DNA of 63,973 nucleotides, filler included, from Octopus bimaculoides (lineage: Eukaryota), in assembly GCF_001194135.2 (NCBI RefSeq). It is 5 parts of 5 records of this genome, joined end to end, with 100 filler letters (N's around TTAATTAATTAA, not from the genome) between each part and the next. Parts side by side here need not be neighbours in the genome. Positions count along the whole stretch, not along the records: positions 1 to 22,945 come from NC_068982.1; positions 23,046 to 41,878 come from NC_068985.1; 3 more parts are not named here. One strand, 5' to 3'. A model generated the notes under the pieces. The model worked only from the letters and a program-made list of their open reading frames with translations, made no database searches and had not been told where the DNA came from. Positions 12,526 through 25,707 of this stretch are shown one piece after another. Position 1 is the stretch's first letter; the number at the start of each line of letters is the position of its first letter. Made by a program: the position numbers and the translations under genes.

Positions 12526-13296
12526 NNNNNNNNNNNNNNNNNNNNNNNNNNNNNNNNNNNNNNNNNNNNNNNNNNNNNNNNNNNNNNNNNNNNNNNNNNN
12601 NNNNNNNNNNNNNNNNNNNNNNNNNNNNNNNNNNNNNNNNNNNNNNNNNNNNNNNNNNNNNNNNNNNNNNNNNNNNNNNNNNNNNNNNNNNNNNNNNNNN
12701 NNNNNNNNNNNNNNNNNNNNNNNNNNNNNNNNNNNNNNNNNNNNNNNNNNNNNNNNNNNNNNNNNNNNNNNNNNNNNNNNNNNNNNNNNNNNNNNNNNNN
12801 NNNNNNNNNNNNNNNNNNNNNNNNNNNNNNNNNNNNNNNNNNNNNNNNNNNNNNNNNNNNNNNNNNNNNNNNNNNNNNNNNNNNNNNNNNNNNNNNNNNN
12901 NNNNNNNNNNNNNNNNNNNNNNNNNNNNNNNNNNNNNNNNNNNNNNNNNNNNNNNNNNNNNNNNNNNNNNNNNNNNNNNNNNNNNNNNNNNNNNNNNNNN
13001 NNNNNNNNNNNNNNNNNNNNNNNNNNNNNNNNNNNNNNNNNNNNNNNNNNNNNNNNNNNNNNNNNNNNNNNNNNNNNNNNNNNNNNNNNNNNNNNNNNNN
13101 NNNNNNNNNNNNNNNNNNNNNNNNNNNNNNNNNNNNNNNNNNNNNNNNNNNNNNNNNNNNNNNNNNNNNNNNNNNNNNNNNNNNNNNNNNNNNNNNNNNN
13201 NNNNNNNNNNNNNNNNNNNNNNNNNNNNNNNNNNNNNNNNNNNNNNNNNNNNNNNNNNNNNNNNNNNNNNNNNNNNNNNNNNNNNNNNNNNNNNNN

Positions 13297-13326
<30 letters not shown>

Positions 13327-13328
<2 letters not shown>

Positions 13329-14060
13329 TGTGTCCCCAAATTCATTGAAGGGTTTCAATTTTTAATAACTTCCTTAACTTTACAAATAAATGTATGAAAG
13401 TTTGATATAGTATAAAGGACATAATGGAAATTAATACGCATAAGTCAAATTCCGCAACACCTTTACATCACATATGAAAAATGATATCGCTTAAATGGCA
13501 GCCATTTTCGGCTTTGCACGTCCATGCTCTTTTCGAAACTTGCACCATAACACCTTCAAGAGTTTCAGACGCCTCTTCTCTTATTCCTCCATTGATGTTC
13601 TCCTTCAGTTGCACCAGGGTCTCCAGTTTATTGAAGTAAAACTTCTCTTTCAGGTATCCCCACAAGAAAACATCCGGGCTAGTCGCGGGCTTGTTCACGT
13701 GTCTCATCAATTCTGACCTTGCGAGGCCTCCCAGATTATGGAAGATCGGCTACTGTTCCTTGCTTTTCAAAACGACGAATCAAACTTTTAATCGCATTTT
13801 CACTCGGTGCATCTCTCACTTGGAAATATTGACAGTATGCTCTCTGGATCTGAATAATCGACCCCAGATTGGATGCGTTGCTGAGTGCTGTATTCTTCCA
13901 TAATTAATTTCTTAGATCCTATAGCAGATAAAATCTGGAAAGAGTGGGAAAAGATTAGATATTTACTTTCCATAATGTTCTTTATATTGTATCAAACTTT
14001 CATGCATTTAAGGAAGTTATTAAAAATTTAAACCTGTCAGTGACCTTTGGGACACCTTGG
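13327..14060 (-). mobile_element. Tc1/mariner-superfamily element, internally deleted (PDVFLWGYLK-type C-terminus)
   Basis: About 100-bp TIRs (ca.ggtgtccc…tttttaataacttccttaa…atgaaagtttgata). C-terminal frame SPDVFLWGYLKEKFY…KAENGCHLSDIIFH; N-terminal MEEYSTQQRIQ and SGRPR-like remnants. Confidence 0.88.
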
Positions 14061-14065
14061 ATACA

Positions 14066-14173
<108 letters not shown>

Positions 14174-14466
14174 CTCCGCTTCCAAAGGAGAATCAACCAA
14201 TCGGTTGATCGCAATTGGAACTGACGACTCACTGCCTCAGCAGTAAAGGACTTTATTATGGCATATTGCTATTGCCGGTCGTATTATTAAAACACGTGTA
14301 TGCTTCATAAAGCTTAAAGTACGAATTATGGTTTCTGTTTCTATTGCAACTACACATACACAAACACACACACATACTCACACGCGCGCGCGCATGCACA
14401 CACACACACACACACTTTATGTGTAATTTGATTAAAATGTATTAAAAACGTTGGTTTACTTTTTAC

Positions 14467-15639
14467 CTGCTCTCCTGTCTCTACAATTTTACCATCGTTA
14501 GATAAAAGCAGAACTGGCTGGAATCCTATTCTTAAATTTTTCACGTTCTCGTCACTTGCTGCTTCTCATAAACTGAGTTTAAATTTCCCGTTATTTATTC
14601 TATGAAATAGACAGAAACTGTATTTAAAATCACTGTTATTAGTTGCTTTAATTAAACATATATACTTATTTGATCATTCGAACATTTTTGGTAATTTATT
14701 CGATTAAATAAATTATTGAAACTTTGGCAGTGTTCTTTTATACTAACTTGTATTGTGTGTTATAGTCATAACCCCTACTTCCCTGCATCTTCAATGGATT
14801 GATTTGCTAAGTTGAAAGGAAATTGCAACAAGCTCCTATTTGCTATGACATTACTCACCACAGTCGGATAGTATAAATGAAAGCTGTTGTCTCGATTGAC
14901 AAAATATCGTGATTCCATAAACTTAATTATTGATCATTGCTTGACATTTTAGTAATGTAAATATTCTGATCTGAAGGTTGGTTTATGGTGAAATTGTGAT
15001 GTCCGTGTCTTTGTCGAAGAGATGAGAAGAGTAAATTAGGTTTAATGACTTTTTATAGAAAAGGAACATCAGAATCGGTTAGCAAAATTTCACTATCTAC
15101 TTACGTGATTCACAAACATCTATATAAGTATTAAAATGTGTGAATTCCCTAAAACAGTGACATACCGGTTACAATATATTACTGTATTTAGTTATAATAT
15201 TTTTTGTTCTGAACTCAAACCCAACAACGGCTAAATTTCATTTTCCCCTATCAATGATCAATAAAACAAATACCAGTAATATACTGGAGTTTTATTTTTT
15301 AATTTGCTATCCTCTCTTCTTACAATTTCAAGCTTATTACTAAGGCAAGAATTTTATTTTATATCATCAGTTCCTTTTCTGATGTCAATCGTTTTCTTAA
15401 CCTAAACAAAATATGAATTCGCCTCTTTGGATATTTATTTCGTATTCGACATTTGTTATTGGAGATTTAGTAGTCAATTTTATTGAGAAAAAGATTTCCC
15501 AAAGCCGTCATTTATACCGTCAGAAACAAGTAAAGAACAACAATTAAATTGGCTGAATCTGTTCATAAAACGAAAATTACCAGGCAATTATTTTGTTAGA
15601 TTATGAATTCTTTGGTGTTATATATATATATATATATAA

Positions 15640-15689
<50 letters not shown>

Positions 15690-15817
15690 NNNNNNNNNNN
15701 NNNNNNNNNNNNNNNNNNNNNNNNNNNNNNNNNNNNNNNNNNNNNNNNNNNNNNNNNNNNNNNNNNNNNNNNNNNNNNNNNNNNNNNNNNNNNNNNNNNN
15801 NNNNNNNNNNNNNNNNN

Positions 15818-15854
<37 letters not shown>

Positions 15855-16134
15855 GATATATAACTTAGTGCTAGTTTGTTTTACTTTATTTCGTCTAGAA
15901 ATATTGGCTACAATTATACGTCAGACTTCTATTTTGTCCTTAAGAGAATTAGTGATGAGTAGCAATTTGAAGTCAATGCTGTAATTGTAAGTCTTTGATT
16001 GTTCATCATAATATTGCTATTCATTTTATGACATGTCTCTGGTGATACATAGGCAGTTCGTTTTATTTTAATGCTATGTCTAGTAGAACTAGTTAAATTA
16101 TTAGTAAGTTTTACTTGCTGTATTTTCAAATGAT
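14467..16134 (-). pseudogene. Candidate spliced gene relic of five exon-like blocks (16134-15920, 15401-15274, 15148-15105, 14970-14859, 14599-14467), product unknown
   Basis: All four introns are GT-AG (donors GTATAA, GTATTT, GTAAGT, GTGAGT; the last exon is followed by CAG|GTAAAA). Exon phases are mutually consistent. The joined frame of about 210 codons has 5 stops and includes track ORFs 15929-16129 and 14350-14544. Confidence 0.45.
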
Positions 16135-17160
16135 CTAAAAGTCGATTACAAGATTATATATATGTTATCAAGTATGCATTAAAACGTTATCTGTAAATAT
16201 TTTAATCGATGGCTTATTTCCTAAACACATAAGTGTTTGTGCAAATTTTAATATTTGATAAATACTATAAGATTTAGACGTAGAAATTTTTTCGTGTACA
16301 CGAGAAAAATTTATCATGCTTCTTCCTACCTATTACTATAAATTTGGTGGCACTGTATAATATTAATATACCTATTACGTTGAGGAAAAAGATATAGCAA
16401 ATATCGGATCATCAAATACGATATTTCATTTTTTAAGTCATGCTTATTGTAATGTTTTGAGCGGGAAAGAATTATCTGCAATTAAAAAAATTGGTTTATT
16501 ACTGAAATTCTCATTCACTTATATCTTTTTCTAAACTACAGAATGAGACAGTCGCCCCAAAAGATTTTTTTTAAAGAAAAAATTACAAAAATTCACGTCC
16601 AAAGGTAAAATGAAAATGTGGACGCATCTTAATTGCGGTAATTTATTCTCAATCCAACCGGAGAAATATGTTTTTAACCTATGAGCTTTACCCACAACTA
16701 GTGAAAATTAACAGATTTCATTGTCGGATTTATCACACAAGTGTATCCTAAGAGTAGCATCAATGAAATGACAATGTTAATAATGACGACAGTATTTTCA
16801 AACATAGGCATCTGCGTTATTTGGGAAAGCATTTATGAACAGTTTAATCGACCTTAGTTTTCTCGGTAGTAATTTTAATCAAACCCTGTCAATGAAGATA
16901 TTATTAATCGCATATGGATTTGTACTTGGACCTCAGAATGCGCATTTAATAACTACAAAGTTAAATTCAGTTGTTTTGGGTCTGAGGAATGGGTTGAAGC
17001 ATACACTATATTTCACAGACCGAATAGTTCCTACAATCTCGATGAAGTTTAACTACAGCTATTATCGGTAAATAAATAAAGTAAATAAATAAAGTAAATA
17101 AATACAAAGGAGACAATACGTAATATTTTAAATTCATAAAGAGGAAACGAAATGAAATTT

Positions 17161-18508
17161 TAGTAAAGTGATTTATGGGAAAATATCAGCGTCAAGTTAT
17201 ATACAATTCTATTAAGTAAAAGTTCTGAGAATACTAACGAAGATAGAGATTGCCGAAATAAATGTAAACTGTTTTCAGAAAACCGATGATTGTTAGATTT
17301 TGCATCTGCTTAAGTTGCAAAATTTTACAATACCGTTTATATCGTTCAGATCTATTCGGACGAACACATACGTAAATTTTGAATAAAACTAAACTTTCCT
17401 TTGGCTCAGTATGTTTCCAAGAAATGGGGGAGAAATAGGTCACATCTTTTGGTATATATTTTCTGTTGTGTGGAAGTAGAACACCCCTATTGACTGTACC
17501 ACAATATAAATGGACATACGCAGAGAGTGTAGAGAAGGTCGGCTTAGTAAATAAATCGTCGGACGAAGAATACAGCTACCTGGAGCTGTTGTTTTCGGAA
17601 GAAGAGTTATTAAGAATTGAGAAAATGGACGAACAAATAGCAAAAAAAGAAAAAGAACTTTGCAGAAGACACGAAGTGTCAAAATGACAAAGTAAATTTG
17701 GAAAGAATAGAATGTTATAAAAAGATATTTAGTAGAGAGGGATATAATGTAAGATTATCCTCTTCACAGAAAATAGTCAATGATAAAAAGGAGCGTACGA
17801 TAGTAGAAGCAGGGAAGGTGGACATCATTTCGACAACCCAGATAGAAAAAGCACTAATGTCAATCTGGCAAGAGATTACTTATCTTGCCAGAGATGCCAA
17901 ATACGGAACTGTAGAGGTGCGTTTTAAATTTTAAAAGGCAGCAACATCTAAGAAGCATTCAGCAACACTTGTGAAAAGCGAAGAAGTGGTACGCCTACCC
18001 TCAAACCTCCCCTCCTCCTGCAAAAGGAAAAAAACTGTTAAGTTATCATTTATGATGGTTCGAATGTGTCATTTATGATGATTCGAAGAAACTTTGTGAA
18101 GAGATAGAAATCTGGCGAGATTTTATAGCAGTAGATACAAAAATAGATGACAATATTGAAGGACGGCATTGTTGCTTACTATTAACTGAAGAGGAAAGAT
18201 CTATAATAATGAAATATAAAAATGGTTATAAATGTTGGAAGGTGGGTGTGGATATTAATCAGTTGTCATCTTACTTAGAGCCGTTACAGAAATACAAAGT
18301 GGATATTTTGGTTGGTACAAAGTTTAAAAAGTATTAAAAAGGTATAAATGAACCTTCTCGGACGGACGGGCGAGAAGCTTCATTACATTTTCATTTCATT
18401 TAATCTTGTTTACATACGTTATTTTAATTTTTGTTACTCTTTGTTTCGTGTCCCCACATGTCTTATATTGTTCCCTTCTGTATGTACTCCTTGTGGGAAA
18501 TAAAAAAA
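17161..18508 (+). mobile_element. Decayed poly(A)-tailed element with an ORF1-like region and no detectable endonuclease or RT (non-LTR derivative)
   Basis: Removing one T near 17659 gives MDEQIAKKEKELAEDTKCQNDKVNLERIECYKKIF…ITYLARDAKYGTVEVRFKF*KAATSKKHSATLVKSEEVVRLPS. An open frame of about 90 codons follows (VIYDDSKKLCEE…VGTKFKKY*, stop near 18337), then a hairpin at 18354-18377, a T-rich UTR and AATAAA/A-tail at 18499-18508. Confidence 0.38.
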
Positions 18509-20329
18509 GTCAGAGTCTTGAGCTGTGTAAGGCCGAAAGTTGCGTATTGTCGACGGTTATTATCAGTATCTCGAGTAGAACGATTTGCGAGGACATTATT
18601 ATTATCCAGTTATATCGTACGTCGAACGTGCGATACAACAGTTTCCTAAGAACCATTTTAATGGATTGAGATGAAAACTGATTTAAAGCATTGCATCGAC
18701 GCAACTATTCCGATTCAATTATATGTACTTTACAGGATATTTTGAAATTCAAATAAATTAAATCAGAAATAACATAGTATGAGTTTACCTGACCACATTT
18801 CATTAAATTCATTAAGCTCGATCTATCCACAGACTGAAATTTCATACGTACACCGTCTAAAAAAGTGAACAAAGGAAACTAAGAATGAAAGAACGTTATT
18901 TTTTCTTGAATCTATTTTTGGATTCCGTCAATCTCAGTATGCGAAGGAGTTATGTTGCCTTACACATAACAGAGAAATCGTTAGTGGAAGTTTTTATACG
19001 AGCACTCCAACGATATATTTTCTATATTTTCTCTTAAAAATATTCTTATTGTCTGTGTATTTCCAGCTGGCCAGTAACTAATTAATTATACATCGACATT
19101 TAGTATTCTGACAACTAATGCTTTCATTGCTGCTCCTTCAGTTGTTTTTATTGTTTTTCTGCAACTGTTTGTCCTAAGAGTGTTAGTCAAACCATTGTTA
19201 TCCGAAGCTCTTGTTGATGATGATGTTAAAGTTGTAGTAATTGCTACTCTCCGTAGAAATTCTCTTATAGCTACTTTTATTGCAGTTGTTGTGTTTCACA
19301 ATAACGGTGTTTTATTTTTAACCCAGGAGTGTCGGTGTTACTTTTTAACAATAATTTTCTAATTGCAAAAAATCCGTGAAATATAAGTTCTTGTAAGTGG
19401 AAGGGCAAGCATTAAAAAAGTGATGACTAAGAGTTGACAACTATTTTATATAACGTGTTGATGAATTTGTCTAATATTTGTTGCTCGACTTCTGGCGAAC
19501 ATCTTAGTTTAAAAATAACTGACGAATCTTCGCTGAAATGGAATTTCAATTATCAGCTAAAGCTACTCTCTTTATTTACAATCTTCAATGTCCTCTTTAT
19601 TTACAATCTTCAATGTCCTCTAGAAACGTATCTTTAGATGCACTTACAGCCTTTTTAATCTTACAATATACATAAACATTGCTTCTTAATTTAGTACACG
19701 GCAATGTTGTAGAGAAGACATATTTAAATGCGTTGACGCTGAAATATTTACTGATGTATGTTTTATCCAACCAGAGAAATTAAATGGAACATACAATCCA
19801 CAATGAATTAAAGATACATATTGTAAGAAATGTAACCGATGACGAAAATCGAAATCGATTCAGGTTTTTAGATTAACGAGATCACAGTGCAAACAAACAA
19901 AGCTTAATACGTTTACTTTCATTTCATAGAGTGAGAGAGAGAGAGTCAAAGAGTCAAATTATCTCTAAAAATCTCTCATTGCCTTCAGATTAAACATACC
20001 AGATATATAATCTTACTTTTCAATTCCTTACCAGTATTTATTTCATTGATTTACAAGACTGAAAACCTACGTAAGCTACAGTCCAATTGAGGCTATTTTG
20101 TATTCATTTGACAGTTACTTACTTTATACAGCATACAGAGAGTGGATGAAAACAAACTTGAAACATGCCCGAGCGAAATGCCTGCAGTACTGTTTTACAA
20201 ATGGCTCTACGTTATGGGTTTAAAAGCTGCTATTTCGAACAGTCTTCATTTAAATGTTTAAGGTCGATGAGTTAATTATCGACCACATTCTCACCCAAAA
20301 GATCTGGAACGGTGCCAATAAGGGAAATC

Positions 20330-20990
20330 AATACACATATACTGATGTTTTGATAACGTTTGTTGGTTCAAAATTCTGAATTCACTTGAAAGCCTTCTTT
20401 ATTAGTATGAGCTATACAACTTTAATGTATGTAGCATACAACCAATCGTACTTCTTGGAGTTACCCGTGCATTGGAGTGCTCCCTACGGACCTATAATTC
20501 TATTTTAAAATCATAATCACTTGATTTCCATTTAAACCTTCTCCTACATATGCCGTATAAGGCTTCGATTCCACGATCAAAACATATATCACTTTCATTG
20601 GAAATCTTAGCTATTCGAATTAAGTTTATTTTATCTAAATAACTCCTAAATTTAGTCAACTTCCCTTCTTAAGTGCTTCTGCGCATCAATAAGATTTCTT
20701 GAAATATAGGTTCTGTGAATTGAAATCGATTATAATATATCTTCTCAAGCAATCTTTTGTTTTAAATTCTATTTTCCCACTTTCTACAAAGATGTAATTT
20801 ATATCATTGTTGCAGCAATCTTTATCATTCAACCCACGACAGGAAGGTCTTTGAAAATTATTAATAGAAAATATATTTTCCGTCAAAGAGGTTTAAATAT
20901 TTTTTGTGCAATGATCAATAGCGTTTATTTCTCATTCAACATAATATTTTTTTCTATTTCTACCATTGATTGTACCAAATCACTTTTTGT
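20330..20990 (-). pseudogene. Unassigned decayed coding-like segment
   Basis: A minus frame reads NKRLLEKIYYNRFQFTEPIFQEILLMRRST*EGKLTKFRSYLDKINLIRIAKISNESDICFDRGIEALYGICRRRFKWKSSDYDFKIEL*, about 85 codons with one internal stop. No family recognised. Confidence 0.25.
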
Positions 20991-21030
20991 ATCTCGCTTT
21001 GTCTTGGCCATTCGACTCCGGTTGAAGCAC

Positions 21031-21620
21031 TAAACGTACTCTGGAATATTAGTTGTGCTACTTCATGACTTCCTGGTTTAGTTTACACATTTAACTTAAA
21101 TCGGTTACTTCCAATTTAGTTGCACTGTAGCCAATTATACTAACCAGTTATCAATCCAATACTACCTTCATTTTTGCCATTCAAATAATATTATTAACTC
21201 CCCACATTTCGATGATATAGCTTAAACTAACTTTTGATTAGCTAATGAATAACTTGGGAAATATTAATTAAAACTTTTATGCAGATAGATATTAATTAGA
21301 TGTGTATGGAAACTACGTAGTCTGCAAGAAATTCATGGATTTGTTTTCTTATTCTTCATAGATCATTAATATTTCAGTAATTGAGAGAGAAGAGGGTTAA
21401 ACTTCTAAATATCATCCTACATACAATCTAGAGAGTTCTACTTTGTGAAGATATTTCCTTGTAGCCAATATTTTACTTTTAATTCCAAACGAAGCTCACA
21501 GGATTTTTTTTCGATATATTGTCAGAGGTGTAGATACTGGATTCAAGCAAATATTTCATAGTACTAATCCCTCTTTACTTCGTCGTGCTAAAATATAATT
21601 TTCCGGTATTTATTAGCCCA
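21031..21620 (-). mobile_element. Probable 3' fragment of a non-LTR retroelement (copy 1)
   Basis: 21031-21372 is nearly identical to 22602-22943. The minus frame shows decayed coding (KILATRKYLHKV…). Confidence 0.45.
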
Positions 21621-22012
21621 ATCGTTTTTTTATGTATTTACTTTTTTATTTTCTAATTTATTCTTTCCCTTTAATTGCATTTCATCTCAACTTATGGTGG
21701 GGTGTTGAGACACAATGTTAAGTGTTTTGCTGCGTGTGTCTAACTTCCATCAATTGACTTAAACAAACTCCCCTAGAATGAATACATGACAACAGCCATT
21801 CACGTCAATTATATTTATTTCGATCATCGTCGTAATCATTATCACTACATCACCCTGCTTTTTGACCAAGAATTGTTTTTGTAGTACTTTGTCCCATTAT
21901 TTACCACTACCTTGCATATCAATTCACTGTGTTTTCGCCCTGAGAATTTTGCTTATAAATTCTTTTCGCATCTCCAATATTAGCACGGTTATCATCATCT
22001 TAAATATGATCA

Positions 22013-22043
<31 letters not shown>

Positions 22044-22059
22044 TATTATCACAATTATT

Positions 22060-22575
22060 ATTATTGAGTGAGAGAGCAGCACACGCCATCAAAGTGATGC
22101 TGGGATACAAGTATACGAAGTCCAATATACCTATTATGACTATCCATCTGCTAAGGGTCTACTTGGCGCATGCACGACATGGTGTTCTCATACCAAATTA
22201 AACAGTACATGACCTTGCAAGTTGAGGTTAGGTAGAATTTTCTTCAGATGTTCAAGAGGTCCCGAAATAGGGGTTGTTTAAAGTTGACGAACGAAACATC
22301 CATGTTTCCAAGGGTGAATTATTCAAACCCTAAAGAATCCCTCTAAACGCATGGCTATGATACTCCTCAACTACACCTGCACGTGATGAACGATGCACAT
22401 ATGATCAGCCACTAAGGGACATGCTCAAGTGGGTAAAATCAAGCAACTAACAAGCAAATTTCTGGCATTGAACAGAATATTTGTTGCAGCCCATATTTTT
22501 CACCAAGACATGTCATATACATGATGACACATCCACTCAAGATCAGAATACTAACACTTCCAATGAGTTAAGGTC
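22060..22575. mobile_element. Interspersed repeat (SINE-like family F), diverged
   Basis: GC-richer non-coding block flanked by (CAT)n and (TAT)n tracts. It resembles an abundant octopus repeat as I recall it; there is no second copy in the window. Confidence 0.5.
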
Positions 22576-22601
22576 ATATTATTTATTATTATTATTATTA
22601 T

Positions 22602-22943
22602 TAAACGTACTCCGGAATATTAGTTGTGCTACTTCATGACTTCCTGGTTTAGTTTACAAATTTAACTTAAATCGGTTACTTCCAATTTAGTTGCACTGTA
22701 GCCAATTATACTAACCAGTTATCAATCCAATACTACCTTCATTTTTGCCATTCAAATAATATTATTAACTCCCCACATTTCGATGATATAGCTTAAACTA
22801 ACTTTTGATTAGCTAATGAATAACATGGGAAATATTAATCAAAACTTTTATGCAGATAGATATTAATTAGATGTGTATGGAAACTACGTAGTCTGCAAGA
22901 AATTCATGGATTTGTTTTCTTATTCTTCATAGATCATTAATAT
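22602..22943 (-). repeat. Second copy of 21031-21372 with a (TAA)n tail, cut by a gap
   Basis: 342-bp match with 4 substitutions counted by eye; preceded on + by an (ATT)n tract at about 22577-22602. Confidence 0.9.
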
Positions 22944-22945
22944 CT

Positions 22946-23045
22946 NNNNNNNNNNNNNNNNNNNNNNNNNNNNNNNNNNNNNNNNNNNNTTAATTAATTA
23001 ANNNNNNNNNNNNNNNNNNNNNNNNNNNNNNNNNNNNNNNNNNNN
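22946..23045. other. Assembly spacer 44N-TTAATTAATTAA-44N (also 41879-41978, and around 53856-53867 and 56757-56768)
   Basis: An identical palindromic 12-mer giving stops in all six frames, embedded in N runs four times. Confidence 0.95.
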
Positions 23046-23744
23046 ATGTATATATATACATACACACACATATATATATATATATATATATGCACACACA
23101 CACATAAACATATATACACACACTCTTACGTACACACACACACACACACACACACACTCCTTCGATAAAAACAACAGTGATAAATGCGACAGAAGATTTC
23201 TGCAAGTTGTAGTAATCCGAGTTATGGCAGCTTTAGAGTTTACAGCTATAATAGTAGCACGTACAGCAGTGACTGCATTGGCGATTGCACATATGGAAGC
23301 ATCAGTGACTGTAGTTTTAACAGCACCAGTAGCAGCAAGAACAGGAACAGGAGCAGCCACACCAGCACCAGCAGCAGCAGCAGTTATTCCTTCTATACAA
23401 AAGCAGCAGTTACAATGCAGATATGAGTTCAACAGTGACTAGAGCAGCGACTGCAGTTGTAGAAGAGCAACAGTGACTCCATCTGTAGATGCAACGGTTA
23501 CATCGAGTGCAACAGTAACGATAGCGCAGTGGTAACAGCAAAATTGCAAGCAATGACAGCAACAGTGATGATAATAGTTGCACGAGGAAAGAGAATTTCA
23601 TGTGTATTAGCAAACAACCATGAATGCAGCAGCAATAACAAGAGACTGCACTACTAACGGTACTAATAATATTAGTGCATGCATTTGTTGTAGCAGTAAA
23701 AATAGAAGCAAAGACTGCGGCTGCTCTGACAATAATAATAATAA

Positions 23745-23946
23745 TTTTGTCACAAGGGCTGCCATTTTGGAGGAGATAAGCCGATTACATCGACCCCAGT
23801 ACTTGACTGGTGCTTGATTTATCGACCCAGAAAGGATGAAACGCGAAGTTGACCTCGGCGGAATTTGAACTCAGAACGTAACGACGGGCGAAATACCGCT
23901 AAGCATTTCGCTCGGCGTGCTAACGATTCTGCCAGCTCAACGCCTT
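23745..23946 (-). mobile_element. SINE family C
   Basis: Reverse complement aaggcgttgagctggcagaatcgttagcacgccgagcgaaatgcttagcgg…gagttcaaattccgccgaggtcaac matches 24781, 46135 and 59833. Confidence 0.88.
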
Positions 23947-24300
<354 letters not shown>

Positions 24301-24385
24301 TGTTGTTACAGGAAATATCAATGTATTTGCCATTAGCTCTCTCTCTCTCTCTCTCTCTCGATCTTTATATATACGCGCGCGCGCG

Positions 24386-24424
<39 letters not shown>

Positions 24425-24780
24425 CTGTGACTGCAGCAGCGGTAGCGCCAATCGTAGGAGACGTTGTAGGAGCTATAATAGGAATAGTGCTGGATGCAAC
24501 GATAATCACAATAGTACAAGTGGTGGAAAGAAACGCCAATGCCAATGGTAATGATGATCGCACTATTGTATTATAGCATTATTTGTGACCGTAATGGTAT
24601 AAAAACCAGCGGTAAAAGTTCCGAAATAATAGTGGTGATGGTGGTGGTGGTGGTGGTGGTGGTAGCGATGTCTGTGATGGAAGTGGTATTGAAAGTCGTG
24701 ACACCTGCCGCAGTGTTAGCGCCAACAGTAGTCGCTGGGGTTGACAGGATGTTTAAAAGCAGCTCTATTCGTTTGAAATG

Positions 24781-24973
24781 TTTGCACACAAGGCCAGCAA
24801 TTTCAGGAGAGGGATTGAGTCGATTACATAAAGCCCAGTGTTCAATTGTTATCTCGAAAGGATAAAAGGCGAAGTCGACCTTAGCAGAATTTGAGCTCAG
24901 AACACGAGGACAGACGAAATACAGCTAAACATCTTCCTCAAACGTGCTAACGATCGTACCAGCTCGCCGTCTT
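24781..24973 (-). mobile_element. SINE family C, diverged
   Basis: Homology to 23745-23946 and 59833-60045. Confidence 0.82.
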
Positions 24974-25707
24974 TAGAAGTAGAAGTAGTAGTAGTAGTAG
25001 TAGTAATCAATGGTGTGAAGAGATAGTAGCGAAATAGTGTCAATCGTGTTTGTAGGGGGGAAAGAATCAGAAGCATTACTATAAGCATTACAATTTGTAG
25101 TAGATGATGTAATTATAGAATCCGTGATTCTCTGTGGTAGAAATGATGTTAGTGTTAGTGTTAATATACAGGTGGCAACAAATTATTGCCTTTGTTTAGC
25201 CCTAGTTCGCCCTATCTGAGCAGACTTTGGATCAAGAGCATCAAAGCTATGACCATTCCATCTTATATTCAGGATTTTTATACCAAGGAAAATATTCTCC
25301 ATTGTTGGGNNNNNNNNNNNNNNNNNNNNNNNNNNNNNNNNNNNNNNNNNNNNNNNNNNNNNNNNNNNNNNNNNNNNNNNNNNNNNNNNNNNNNNNNNNN
25401 NNNNNNNNNNNNNNNNNNNNNNNNNNNNNNNNNNNNNNNNNNNNNNNNNNNNNNNNNNNNNNNNNNNNNNNNNNNNNNNNNNNNNNNNNNNNNNNNNNNN
25501 NNNNNNNNNNNNNNNNNNNNNNNNNNNNNNNNNNNNNNNNNNNNNNNNNNNNNNNNNNNNNNNNNNNNNNNNNNNNNNNNNNNNNNNNNNNNNNNNNNNN
25601 NNNNNNNNNNNNNNNNNNNNNNNNNNNNNNNNNNNNNNNNNNNNNNNNNNNNNNNNNNNNNNNNNNNNNNNNNNNNNNNNNNNNNNNNNNNNNNNNNNNN
25701 NNNNNNN

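Noticed and set aside
16542-16604. Plus-strand exon-like block (MRQSPQKIFFKEK…, AG|GTAAAA)
   Set aside because: Isolated, does not join in frame with the other plus-strand candidates, and has no homology; too weak to call.
20686-20886. SCRGLNDK resembling an L1 endonuclease N-terminal NxRGL motif
   Set aside because: No QET, GDFN or SDH motifs follow, and a different frame is the more continuous one.
23160-23730. Ala/Thr/Val-rich ORFs (23224-23442, 22998-23432) resembling mucin or antifreeze proteins
   Set aside because: Decayed AGC/AGT/AAC trinucleotide sequence; both strands give low-complexity frames. Similar tracts occur at 24420-24740 and 26580-26660.
24373-24420. (CG)n-(TG)n potential Z-DNA tract (also about 14380-14412)
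   Set aside because: Alternating purine-pyrimidine tracts are ubiquitous in this window, so there is no locus-specific significance.
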